A DNA stretch of 64,000 nt from Octopus sinensis (GCF_006345805.1 NC_043000.1:51460001-51524000), one strand, 5' to 3'. Numbered from the stretch's first letter, positions 50,354 to 63,256 are shown. Notes: a model not told the origin generated them from the sequence alone. Numbers and translations: made by a program.

Positions 50354-51007
50354 GAGTATATATGTATATATATATATGCTTTGAATGTAGCAAGCAGAGC
50401 CATGCAGGGGTTCAGTGCAATATTGGTCCTCTGCTGCAACATTTACCTGACAGTAAATTAGCTAAGTAAGACTGTCTAGATAGTGATTAACTGTTTGGTG
50501 TTGAGATTGAATCTTTCAAAATGAGTATTAATGAACAACTGACTAATAATTTCCTAAGTAATGACAGTATAATTAATTTGTGCACTAATTTATTCATCAT
50601 CCAGTGTTCTGTGTTCAAACTATTCCTGTTTTCATTCTGCTTTCTTTGCTACTCTACTTCACTCCATAAATTTCTTTAAGAAATCAACAATTTTGTTCTT
50701 AAGTAGACATGAAAAATCTGAATCGTAACGGAAAATGGTGTATTTTAGTATTCATGCTTTTCTCCCCAAAGCATTAGAAGAGTAAATAAATAGTTAATAC
50801 CAATTCTCTTTCCTTAAAAGTAAAATAAAATAAAATAAAATAAATCGATTATTATTTGTTTTTTGAAAAGTGTTCACTTTATTGAGCTTAATTTATTTTT
50901 AAGAACATTTTCTCATCTGTCAAGTGTCTGCAAGAGAAATGATAAGATTTTGCAGCATCAACCTTTGCATCACATTTATTTGCCGAGTCATTTGTGTGAC
51001 TACTTAC

Positions 51008-51138
51008 CAATGTACTAAAAGGATAGAAGCTGAGAAGTCTGAATGTCTTCACGAAGTTCTCCTTGCTATAACTCAACTTCGAAATTAATCTCATAAGAAC
51101 CTGCTGGAATAGCAGCAGCAGCAGCAGCCACAAAACAT
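51008..51138 (-). other. Candidate 131-nt exon (minus strand)
   Basis: Long pyrimidine tract ttctcttctctctttgtgttatcag acceptor, TTG|GTAAGT donor; one open frame (VLWLLLLLLFQQVLMRLISKLSYSKENFVKTFRLLSFYPFSTL); no recognisable homology. Confidence 0.4.
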
Positions 51139-52132
51139 CTGATAACACAAAGAGAGAAGAGAATTCTGCAAACACTAAGAATGGAATTAAGTAATGGAAA
51201 TTTGGATATTCATTTGACGATTGATTGCTAATTATACATCAAGACTTAATCTAGATTTAATTGGAAATGCTTGAGGAACAATGGCTCAACCAGCTTGATG
51301 ATTTAAGAGATATTTGACAAACTTTTCTTATCGGAAATAAATTCTGTTTGGTTATTATTTTTGTGGCTCTGTTGGCAAGAAAATTCATAAGTTCTTGCAA
51401 TAAATCTCTTTTGTAATGTCTAGTTATGTGTTTTGACCCACATATATTTATTAGATATATCTCACTACGAAATAGTGAAGATAGCTGCTGATGTAAATTT
51501 CTGTACTAAAATGCTTTGCTGTTCTCAACTCTGTGTCTGTTTGCCTTTTATACTTCTGGGTTTAATAGAATATGCAAATAATCTATTGTGTATGATTCAA
51601 TTATTCAAAAATTGTTTTTTATTTTGTAAGAGAACAATATGCTTTTAAAATTTTTATCATTGTCCTGCTATTATATAACCCAAGTTCTTTGTATCATTTT
51701 GGTAGTTAGATATTCATAGTCCCAACTTCTAAGTAGCATACAGTGAGTTCCCATTTTGTAATAATTGTCAAGATTCACTCTCCATATAACATTAATGATT
51801 AACTTCTCCTGTTGAGTCTTAATTTCATGCATTAACTCTCTCTATAAGACTTTCAGTTATATCACAAAAGTACATTCTAATTTTCATTCATTTTCACACC
51901 CCATGCATTTTGCTTTCAGTTCAGTTACATTTGATAGCTCTCGAGTTTCATCAACACTTTGATTTTCATACTTCTAATCTTTATTCTACGATGTGAGCAG
52001 TCCTCATTATCATCATCATTAGAATCATCACCATGAAGACATTCAGACTTCATAGGGTTTGAAAAATCTACGGATCTTACTCTGTGTATTCTACCTTCTG
52101 CATTCATATCTGGTCTTCTTGCTTCCATACTA

Positions 52133-52548
52133 TTCTTTTATTCTTTTTTTTCTTTTACTTATTTCAGTCATTTGACTGCAGTCATACTGGAGCACCCCCG
52201 TTTAGTCAAACAAATCTACCCCAGGACATATTCTTTGTAAGCCTAGTACTTATTCTATCGGTCTCTTTTGCCGAACCCCTAAGTTACAGGCATGTAAACA
52301 CACCAGATTAGTAAGTGATGTTGGGGTTGTGGGGACAAACATACACACACAAACATATATACATGTATATATATATATATGTATATATATATACACAATG
52401 GGCTTCTTTCAGTTTCTGTCTTCCAAATCCATTCACAAGGCTTTCTTTGGTCAGCCCGAGGCTGTAGTAGAAGACACTTGCCCAAGGTACCATGTAGTGG
52501 AACTGAACCCGGAACCATGTGGTTGGTAAGCAAGCTACTTACCACACA
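52133..52548 (-). mobile_element. tRNA-derived SINE family A, near full length
   Basis: Reverse of family A head, core and tail. Confidence 0.9.
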
Positions 52549-52559
52549 CCAATGTGGTT

Positions 52560-53810
52560 AGTTTTTATGGGGAAGTCTCATGAGATCCTGTACTTCTCAT
52601 TCTCTGTCACAGCCTGCCACTTACCTGTTATTTCAAAGCCGTAACTTGGTTAGCATCCCAATGTAAGTCTTTAGGCATCTTTTGCTGCTGACTGTAGTCT
52701 TTCTTCACTCCATGCAGCATAATCTTTTAACCCCAATATTGTGGTACCAGTGTCTTCTGCATTTAGTAATCCTCTGCCTCCTTCCTTTCTTGGTAGGAAG
52801 GGTATATCAATATTACTCTCAGGGTGGTGTGCATTGTGAGTGGCTTCCTAGCTCTTCCATCCAAGTTTTGTAGCTTGACCTTTGTCCATTTTTGAAAGGG
52901 GGCAGAATATCATAATAATGACATAGCCTACGTATTTATTGTTCTAATGATTTTCTGCCCATTTAATTTTGTTTTGAGTGCCTTCTTAATTCTCATCTTG
53001 TGATCTTTAGAGATTTTCTCACTCATTTCTCCTTCCTTTATCCTATCATCTTGCAGTATCCCCAGGTACTTGTATCCCTCATTATTTCACAGTGATATAA
53101 TGATATTGTGGTAATTTTATAACATCAGATTTAATCTTCCAACTTCTCTTCATAATTAGCACTGCACACTTATTTACACCAAAGTGCATTCCAATATCCA
53201 TGGTGAATGCTTACTGTTCAGATCAGAGAGTCCATGTATTTTTTTTTCTCTTTTTTGTATATAGCTTGAGGTCACCTATTTAAAGCAGATGATTTATTTT
53301 CACTTTGGTTTTCGTAAGCTCATAGACAGACTTAGATTTTCTCAGTATATTTGTCAGAGGGATTAATACAATAACAAAGAGTAATGGAGAGAGTGAGTTT
53401 CCCTGGAAAATTCCTCTACACATTTTCATGTCTCCCAGCTATTCATTTGCACATGTCATTTCTACTTCCCACGCTCTCATTGCTTTTCCAAAAAGCTGTT
53501 TATCTTCATCCTCAGGCACTCCAGTGTAGACCATTGTTGCAAGCTTTCTTATAATCTATCCAGTCAACAGCTAAATTATTCTTTCTTACTTGTGCCTCAT
53601 TTAATATCCAACTATCAATGAACAGCAGATCAGCAGTTCCTCTTGAGTTCTTTCTGCATCCTTCCTACTCATCTGGCAATAAGTTCTCATTTTCCAGGAA
53701 GTTGTGTAACCCATCTGCTATGAGGCCATTTGATAAGTTCCAGAGTAATGGTAAATATGTCATAGGTCTACTATTGCTAACTTTCCTGAGTGCCTTCCTA
53801 TTGGCTATGG
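52560..53810 (-). mobile_element. R4/Dong-clade non-LTR retrotransposon, decayed RT region
   Basis: VSNSRPMTYLPLLW...LLPDE*EGCRKNSRGTADLLFID...WIDYKKA...RGIFQGNSLSPLLFVI...INHLL*IGDLKLY...YKYLGILQ...KLNG...PRKEGGRGL; stops, frameshifts and an internal deletion before the GFEITGKW/WDF-like end. Confidence 0.92.
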
Positions 53811-54039
53811 TAAAGAAATTCATTGTATACATTGATAGGCCATTAAAATAAATTCGCCAGAGTTTTCATTTACAAAATCAAATACAGTTATGTCTACAAA
53901 AAAATTATTTACGTAAAAGTTAATTTTTCCTACAGTCACAATGTTCTTCTCAATACTTGATACATACCAGTTAAAACAATCTTTTGCACTTCTTGCTAAC
54001 ATCGTAAACCTGGTGTCATTTCTCAAATCAGTTTCTCTT

Positions 54040-54680
54040 TGCTCTTGCCACCACTGGTATTGTAATTGCCTTGAGATGTCCCATTTTTTTCGATTTCAAT
54101 GAGCATATCTTTATATTTTCTGAGCTCGTCAAATTCTTTTGCCGAAATATTATGATCACAAGGGGTATTCGTGTTAATTTATAAACAGACTTTATTATTT
54201 TGGTCTTTTATAAGAATATCCAGTTTATTAGCTTTTATAGCTCTGTTTCTATTTACTAGGAAGAACCAAAGAGTCAATACATTTTCTCTCTTGGTTACAG
54301 CCTCAGGATGATGCTTATATTCCTTGTCAACAGTTTTAATTTTATAATGCTGGCATAATAGCCAGCATAGATATTGGCCAACTCTCTCATATCTTAAGTT
54401 ATACTCTACTGGTGCTAAAACTTTACATCCATATATTAAGTGGTTCACTGTTTCAATTTCATCATTGCAGAATCATCACTTTGAATCTACTCCATTTTTC
54501 ATCACATTCCAAGTCAATAAGCTTTGATCTTGAGCAGCTAAGATGAAACCTTTACTCTCTGTCATTATCCCTGAGCATTGTACCCACTGATAGGTGTACT
54601 TCTGTCAACATCAGCTTGTTTGCTGTCGGCTAAATATTTGCGATGCAGAAGTTGCTGCTCCCACTTTCCAACCAATTATT
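54040..54680 (-). mobile_element. R4/Dong-clade fragment: zinc knuckle and restriction-like endonuclease region
   Basis: KGFILAAQDQSL...FCNDEIETVNHLIYGCKVLAP..Y..R...HHPEAV...ANKLDILIKD...PCDHNISAKEFDELRKYKDMLIEIEK. Confidence 0.9.
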
Positions 54681-54734
54681 CATGTGCTTTTCTTTTTAAT
54701 ATTATTATTATTTCACTGAATATAATGCTTTGTA

Positions 54735-54900
54735 CCATTTCTTCTGAGCTTAGGTTCAGTGTTCAAATTCTGCCTAGGTCACTATTGCCTTCCGTCATTT
54801 CAGGGTCAATAAGATATATACAAGTCAAGTACCGGGGTCAATATAATTAACTAGCCCCCCTTCCCCCGTAATTTTAGCCTTTTTTCCTGCAGTAGAAAGA
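54735..54900 (+). mobile_element. SINE family B
   Basis: gttcaaattctgcctaggtcac...cagggtcaataag...gtagaaagaattatt. Confidence 0.7.
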
Positions 54901-54939
54901 ATTATTATCATCATCATCATCATCATCATTATTATTATT

Positions 54940-55153
54940 TTGGTTTGGCGCAGGTTCAGTCTTATTCCTGGTAGGAATTATGTGGATAGCGGGTTAGTAC
55001 CCATAACCTTAGGTATCCACAAGTTCTCAGCAATCTTTCAAGTGCTTAGAACCCTCCTGATAATCCTTGCTGTCCCTAAGAGACAAACTTTCTGGAGGAG
55101 ATCTACTGGACATTCTATTTCAATCTCCTTCAACCATTTGTCTATATCTTGGC
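54940..55153 (-). mobile_element. 5'-truncated R4/Dong copy (ORF end plus 3' UTR) embedded in (TAA)n
   Basis: QDIDKWLKEIEIECPVDLLQKVCLLGTARIIRRVLST* (55151-55038); (AAT)n/(GAT)n on one side and about 100 bp of (AAT)n on the other. Confidence 0.88.
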
Positions 55154-55230
<77 letters not shown>

Positions 55231-58200
55231 TATTATTATTATCGTTATTATTCAATGCATTTTTGTTGGTTTTAGTCTTATGAAAGAGCAGCTAGAACCA
55301 AGTTAAACTTGTTGATGGTAAATTACTGGTATTTATTTTTTTTATCAGCCTAAGAGTGATTAAAAACAATGTTGATATGTATATTATATAAAGTGAAAAT
55401 CTAATTCTTTATCCTATTTTGATAGTCCTTATGTTCAAAATATTGAACATGGTGAAATACATATAAATTGCATTAGAATTGAGGAAGGGATGCATTCTAC
55501 CTTTTATCGGTTTTACATTCAAATTCTATCCAGATTGATTTTCATTCCATCAGGATCAATATAGTAAACACCTTTTCTATATACTGAAGTTGAATGTATC
55601 AATTATACTCCTTTTTCTTTCCAGAAAAAAAAAAAAAAAGAGAGAGAAAAAAGTAGCCTTCACTGCAATATATTTATGTTTATCAAATAAAATTAAAAAA
55701 AGAATTGCAATATCAGGTTTCAGTATAACCAGAACCACAATGAGCTGGCTCAACTAAAAGTTTATGAAAAAAAAAATACATAAAACATAACTAGTTTATA
55801 TTTATTTTATCAATATTAGAAAACATTCCAAGTTACCAATATCAATAGTTCCTACAATCTAAATACTAGGTTGTACTGAATATTTGTAATGTTTTTGTTT
55901 CATTTTTTGATCAAGTTGAGGCTAAGAGCTTTCAGTACAACCTGGGTTTTTTTTTTTATCTACCTACTTATATATCATTAAGATATGTGTGTGTCTGTGC
56001 TTGCATGGATATGTGAATTCTTAAATATTTTATCGGCTTTATTGAAAACTTATAATAAGAAATCGATTTATGTCTCATTTCTATGTAACCTGGTCAACAA
56101 ACTACTGGAATTTTGGATGGTAAGGATATGATTTAATGTTCAGCTGTTTTCAAGAGCATTTAGTTTATCTTTCAAGGAAAGTGGGGAATTATGTAAAAGT
56201 TCTCAAAATATATTAAAAGCAGTTCAGTTCACAGACAGTACTCTGGCAGAAATATTAGATTCCTTCTTGAAAATGTTCCAACAGAAATGAACTTGAAATT
56301 TGAAAATGTGTACATGCTTGTGTAAAAAGCATGCAGTTTTGTATCCTTGTGTAAATCTATGTATTTATTGCATATCTCTGCTGATATGTGCTAACACAAG
56401 CACATACAAATACATTGTATATACGCACATGTTCATACAAACATGACTATACTGCTAAATTTTGCATTTCTCCTTTTCCCTTATTTCTCACACACATCTC
56501 TAAAATGTTTAGAAAAGAGCATTGATTAAAATCAAGGATTTAGCATCTACAAAGTCTACAAAGATTGTTCTCTTGTCAGATTTGAATCACAGATCACAGT
56601 TCTATGTAACCAGAGATACTGCCAACTGATGACATTTTGTATAAGTTAAGTGATAATAACGATGTGTGAAGAAAATATTTCCACCTTCTGTATTAGCAGA
56701 AGCCGCCAACAGCAATTTTATATCAGTTAAGAAATGGCAGGTGCAACTCAAGTTCCCTCTAATCATGGATTAACATTTCTAAATACTTTATTTTCTTAGA
56801 AGAAAACAAAAATAAATAAATAAAATGAAAAATATTCTAATGTATTTTATTTCATTTGACAATTTTTTTTCAATTACAACATTTCAAAGAGACTTTTATG
56901 CTTCTATCTGTCAAGCCGAAAATTAAAATAACTGTATATGATAAGAAAAAAGGGAAACATATTTTCCAAATGTATTCATGTAACCAGCATATTTTAACTC
57001 TGGGAATAATCATGTACATTTATCTAAATCTAAGCCCCCTCTTGGATGAGAAATCTGTTTACGAATAATTTGAATGTGATCGTCCCTAGCATCTAGGTTA
57101 AGAACAATGGTAATTGATTGTGACATGAAGAGAGACAGAATCGGTGCATTACTGTATGTTTCTTTGTGTGAGTTTCTTCCTTCCTTCCTTCCATCTGATT
57201 TTTTCTTTTTTTAAGATAACTCGACATGCATCATCTTTACTATTATCCATATGATACCCTTTTCCTATTAAGTTACTCTATCACACACTTATGCATACAT
57301 CAGTTTAGAATTCAAATGTAAGAAATTTGTTGTTTTAGTCAATAATCCACTCATCGAATTTGTAAATATGGATATTATTTTCAAATAGGTTCAGTAGGTT
57401 TAGTTGAAAATTCTAAAATGTCTATCACACATATATGATTCCCTACTCATTAGAAAGGGAACAGTTGTGTATCTGTGGAAGAAAATCGAAGTGATTTGTT
57501 CACGACTACAACGTTTGATGCAGAGTGTAACCAATTAGCATAATAACTGTTTTAACATTAATTACCTCATTCATTGAGCTGCTAATTACACATTTGAGAT
57601 ATTTCTTTTACTATCTCTTTACACGTGTAAATTACTGGGCATTATTCCTTAATGGGGTAAGTAGCTGATTGATTGATGGAAGCTCTCTTTAATTTAAATC
57701 CTTAAAGTACTAGAAACTTACTCGAAATTTAGAGAGCTAAGAAATGTTATCAGGGATGTACTGTTAATGTGTCTTACTCCTTGTTTTGCTTTAAATCAAG
57801 TATTTAAAATGAACTCTTTTCATTTCTATGAAACCAAAACATAAATTGTTTTCTCTGAAATACTATCTCCATCAGTTATTGTCCAGATTGTTTGTTTGTA
57901 TGTGTGTGTGTGTAGTATTTGTTATATCACCCAATGTTATTTGCAGCCTCGTTGCCTCTCAAACTCAATTTTGTATATCTAATTATCACTAAAAAAGAGT
58001 ATGAACCCATATCTATGTGTCATGCAATGTCACAAAAATATAAAGAAATACATTTTTAAATAATTTCAGATCAATATATTTAGAATTCTTATCAGAAATA
58101 TACTTATGGCTAAGAGTACGAGTATAGTTGGTAAACCTAAATCTATCTTTAATTTGCCTCCATATATTTTCTTAGGGCTGTTACTACTTTATTCCTGTAT

Positions 58201-59559
58201 AAACAATCATTAAACAATTGTAATTCACACAAGTCAAGAAATATACAAAGAATTAGTCCACTTTAGCTTGTTGTATGGTCAAGTTGTCACAAGTTCTAAG
58301 TCCCTACCAGGCCGAAAAATACTGAATGTTCAAAGTCTGCTCCACTACCAGGGTGTTATGCTTACATTTTGCTCTGAAACATAAAACTTACCTTTACCGA
58401 ATGTTATTTACCAAATGTTGTTGAAATTCTGTACCACTCTCCAACAGTGTTCAATTACCTTTTTTCCCCCCAAGACACCTTTTTTTCTTGTAACTATTCT
58501 GAGCTATATTTCATACATGATATGGTTATCTGAAGAATTTTCAAGCTTTGATTATATCTAAAGCTGAATTTCTTAATTAATAAACACTATTAGTGTTATG
58601 TTAAAAAAATACAATAGGTATTTAAATATATTTATTGCATGCCAATGTACTGGGTAATGGGAGTTAAAAATTCATCTGTTGTAATGCTCTTCAGTAAATT
58701 TTCTTTTATATGATAATAACATGAAAATTCTACATTGAGAGAAATTCTTTTATCTATTCTGATTGGTGATATATCAATCTACAAAAGCATAGTAAATAGG
58801 AAGCTTATCAAATGTTGCTATTCTCAGTGGGTGGCTAATTTTTTTTTACCCTTCTCTCTTTCTTTTTCTCACTCATTCAACCTCTTTACCTCTCTTTCTC
58901 TGCCTCACCCTTGCTCTTCATCTCTCTCTATCTCTGTTTATCTCTGCAATATATTTTACATTGAAAAGATAAATTTTGACCTTTATGTAATCACTAATTT
59001 GTTTTAGTTTTCTATTTGAATTTCTTTTCTGAAATTTCTTATTCATTGGAATATATTCATTTGTTTTATTATTCATTGGAATACATTATATTGTGATTAT
59101 TGGTCTCTTAGGAAAGAAACACAAACGACAAAAAAAATAATACACGGAAAAAAAATTATATTAAATAATAATATTACAAAACTAAAAACAAATCTGCAAA
59201 ATTGTAATTAACTAGTGGTATCACTATAGTCTGATAAGTTCTGATCTTCACAAGCAGGTAATGAATATTCAGTAGGTTTTCTTTCCAGTCAAAGATTTAC
59301 ATTCTTGAATTATCTGGTTCAGGCTCCTTTTCGACAGAGTTTTATGTTGGCATTTACAAATAAAACTGTTTTAGTTGTTTTGAGTGTAAGATTCTCTTAA
59401 TATGTAGTAAAGCAGTAAAATCCAAGGAAACTAGTAATGTTCTCCATTGGTAAAAAGTAATGCAAATAATTCAAACAGTGGAATAATAAAATTTATACTA
59501 TTGTTTTTTTTTTATTTGTTTCTTTTAATGTATTTCTTCACTATCACATTGTTGATGTT

Positions 59560-59830
59560 GTCTTTTAACTTCAAGTTAGTCGTGATCAAACAGACCTGTG
59601 ATCAAAGAGGTTCTGGTTGAGACCTTCTTGTTTTTATTCAGAAATAGTGTGTCTAGGACACCGTTATGCAGCTTGTTCTCTATTTTTATGATGGTTAGTT
59701 TTTATGTGATTGGAGTGAAATTTGGATACTGATTGTATTTAGGTCGAGTAACCATATTGAGACTTCCTCGTTGTCTTGTAATTTCCCTGTTGGTTCAGTC
59801 TTACTGATTAGTGCAAGGTTCCAACATTGG
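59560..59830 (-). repeat. Old interspersed repeat family G
   Basis: cagacctgtgatcaaagaggttc...gagtaaccatattgagac. Confidence 0.5.
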
Positions 59831-60050
59831 TTCATTATATTTTATAGTTAAGCAAGCCTTGATTTTTATTACATAATTTCATTTCACACACACACATATA
59901 TATATACAAATTTTGTGTATGTTGCATTCCATTACTTAGTATGGTAAATAAAAGACATAATGTATACTGAACTGGGGGCAAACAGAAGGTCCATAATTCT
60001 TCATCAGTAATCGACCAATTGGTAATATTCAGTTTCGCAAGGGTAGCTAT

Positions 60051-60331
60051 AGGTGCAGGAGTTGCTGTGTGTTAAGTAGCTTGCTTATCAATCACATTGT
60101 TCTGGGTTCAGTCCCACTGCATGGCACCTTGGACAATTGTCTTCTACTATAGCCTTGGGCCAACCAAAGCCTTGTGAGTGGATTTGTTAGACGGAAACTG
60201 AAAGTAGCCTGTCGTATATATGTTTGTGTGTGTGTGTATGTATTTGTGTGCTTCTATTTGTCCACCCCCACCATCGCTTGACAACCGATGTTGGTATGTT
60301 TTTGTCGCCATAACTTAGCAGTTTGGCAAAG
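60051..60331 (+). mobile_element. tRNA-derived SINE family A, 3'-truncated
   Basis: ggtgcaggagttgctgtgtg head through ttagcagtttggcaaaga. Confidence 0.88.
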
Positions 60332-60339
60332 AATAATAC

Positions 60340-60471
60340 ATATATGTGTATGTGTGTATATATATATATATATATAGACCGACAGACATATATATATACA
60401 TGCTTATATATATAGACCGACAGACATATATATATACACATATATATATATATACATATATATATATACAC

Positions 60472-60504
<33 letters not shown>

Positions 60505-60540
60505 TATATATATATATACATATATACATATATATATATC
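60340..60540. repeat. (TA)n/(CA)n tract with duplicated tatagaccgacagacatata unit
   Basis: Directly visible. Confidence 0.9.
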
Positions 60541-60564
60541 CCTTCACTGAAGTATTTAATACCA

Positions 60565-60790
60565 GCTTACTATGAACATCTCTTGTTCATGTAGCTGAAT
60601 CTTTTGTGGAATTAGAAAAAATATTCCAGACATGGGAGCTAAATCTAGAATTGGGAGGCCTAGAGGCAAACTTAACAAAGATTAAGGTGTTAGTAAGTAT
60701 GTGAAAAGACAGGGCCTTGGTATCATCAAGGAAACAACCTTGCTTGATATGAAGATAGGGAGTAAGTATAAACTCCATATGCTCTACAGT
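60565..60790 (+). mobile_element. Decayed RTE-clade RT fragment immediately after the YADD motif
   Basis: [36 protein letters not shown]...PCLI*R*GVSINSI matches AES..EL...F..WK..LE..GL.VN..KTKV...PC..C..GVG.NSI. Confidence 0.78.
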
Positions 60791-61489
60791 CATATTTAAC
60801 TCTTCAGATTTCAGATCTCCTTGATTTTGATTCAAGAATTTTCCTCTGTGTGTGTTTGTGTGCCTGCATACATATATACATGTAGATGAACATAAATACA
60901 CACTTTTCAATGTACTGATGAGCACAGACAAACTGTTTGCTAATAATTTTGGTTGGTATATGTAACCCTATTCAACTTAAAATGACAAACATATATTAGA
61001 CTCTGCACAGTTCTGATAGAAAAAGCTATTGAGCACAATTATATTTTTGCAGTGCAAAATAAACAATATAAAAAAAAAATGCATGCATACATTATATATA
61101 TAAAAAAATAAAATGATTGATGCAAAGAACTCAAATGGGCCAGAATAAATAATGCAGTATGCAAAAAAAAGTTAATTAATTAATTGAAATTTTCTTGTTA
61201 GTTTGGAAAAGCAAAAAAAAAAAAAAATCTAGCAATAATTGTTAGTTACTTTCAAAGGAAAGAAGATATAATTTCAGAGAATTAAGAATTAATATTTTCA
61301 AATTAATTTACCTGCTTAGAGGAATGTTTAGTCTGTGTTTGCCTGGAAGGGGCAATTGATAACAATGGGTATGTCTGCATCTATTATATCTCATTAGCAT
61401 GGCATAGTCTGCCCAAACCTGCCTGATGAGATGATACAAACTTTCATGTTGAGAAAAAGAGTTGAGAATAATGTTTGTATTTGGTTTGC

Positions 61490-61730
61490 ATCAGCATCAT
61501 TTCACATCTACTTTTCCATGCCTGCATGTGTCAGATGGAGTTTATTTGAGACAAATTTTCTACAGCCTGATGCTCTTACTGTGAGTAACCCTCACCTATT
61601 TTCAAGCAGGGTTATATTTCCCCAAGGCCAAACATGTTCTCACAGAATAATGAAAATTAAAAACACTGCTTGTTTGACAGTTACACACATTTACAATTAT
61701 CATATGATGTCAGACAAGGAAACACACCCA
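61490..61730 (-). mobile_element. RTE-tailed SINE, family C-related subfamily
   Basis: ttttccatgcctgcatg...ttttctacagcctgatgctcttac. Confidence 0.55.
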
Positions 61731-62017
61731 GGACATATAGAATGTGGTTCTTTCAATTTCAATTGTACATGCATAGATAGGTATATATATTGTAGTATCT
61801 GTTTTTTTATTATTTTAAGTTATAATAAAAACAATTTTGAATTAAAATGAAGGATTATTCAATTCTTTTATAGAGTATGCATTTATTATTCTTTAGCAAG
61901 AATAGTATTGACAGTGACTTTGAAGTCATTGGATTATATATACATATGTGTGTTTGTGTATGTATATTTATGTATGTATATATCTGTATAAATAAATATA
62001 TATATATATATGTAAAT

Positions 62018-62081
<64 letters not shown>

Positions 62082-62089
62082 TCACACAC

Positions 62090-62154
<65 letters not shown>

Positions 62155-62345
62155 GTCGCCATGATAGATCGTTAGCCACTACACACATTTTTTTCTCTCC
62201 TTGCTTTTTCTGTGTCCCTTTCTGTAGAAGAGCGTAGGCTTGAAACGTAAAAGACTTTTTCTTTTCCTGAGCGTTATACTAATACATCTGTTTGTTTTGT
62301 ACACCACTTGTCTTCGTCTTTTGTTTTTTTCGTAAACTCTCTCTA
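62155..62345 (+). mobile_element. Short repeat with hammerhead-like motif (family H), copy 2
   Basis: Homologous to 37225-37395; flanked by (TA)n and (TATG)n; CpGs largely retained. Confidence 0.8.
62218..62253 (+). ncRNA. Minimal hammerhead-like motif with A6-to-U core variant
   Basis: CUUU-CUGUAGA-A-GAGC(GUAG)GCUU-GAAAC-GUA-AAAG; stem I CUUU/AAAG, stem II, palindromic ACGU stem III, GUA triplet. Confidence 0.6.
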
Positions 62346-63221
62346 TGTATGTATGTATGTATGTGTGTACATTATCTATCTGCATATATATAATTTATAA
62401 ATATTTTGTCATAACACATTGTGTATTAAAAAAACAAAAGATAAATTCAAACCAGTTAAACTATAGTTTTTAAACCTTTAAATGGGGAACTGTTAACATA
62501 TGAGAACACTTCATTTTCTTCATTCCCTTCTTACACAAAAAAAATAAAGGAAACATGTTCCATGGTTCATTGAACCCTTGTCTGAGAACAAATAACCCCT
62601 CATTTGTTCACTCACAAAAAGAACATATAGCAAATATACCAAATAGCTACTGAAATCAAACACAAACTAGAACTTAACTGTAATGGCTAGACTAATTTGC
62701 ACACCATGCATTTTTTGGTGGCATGATTGGAACAAAACTGCCACAGCTACTACCATAACTTTGATAACTGTCTCATACTTTTCATTATAATCAGCACTGT
62801 AGCAGACTTATTCCTCTGTTCCAACATATATGTTTGATTGTTTGAAAGATGATCAAATATACCACCATCCTACAAAATACTATTTTAGATTTTGATTACT
62901 GCTGTGTAATGCTTTCAAGCCAAGCCCAAAACTTTGGTTTTAGCTTACAGATCTATTTTTCTGCAATACACTTCAATTCTCAGCTTGACTAGTTTGACTA
63001 GAATATAACATGATAATTTATGATCTCTTATGCTAACATCTCTATTTTGTGAAATATTTTTATGGTATATTCATATAACTTTTCTAACGTACATATTTTA
63101 GATTATTTAGAGATAGATTATAAAGGAACTTAATTAGCAGCTTGGCAACTTCTGGATCAAAAGAAATAATAATAATAATAATAATAAAATAATAATAATA
63201 ATGATGATGATAATAATAATA

Positions 63222-63256
<35 letters not shown>

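Noticed and set aside
52618-52626. Perfect CAG|GTAAGT minus-strand donor
   Set aside because: It lies inside the R4/Dong remnant, with no matching acceptor or exon evidence.
60914-60950. CTGATGA followed by a small stem (also at 5886, 6596, 9856, 48905, 61425)
   Set aside because: No GAAA after stem II and no stem I, so these are not hammerheads.
1976-62237. Dozens of ORFs rich in YI/CV/HT repeats in the ORF track
   Set aside because: They are translations of (TA)n, (TG)n and (CA)n microsatellites.
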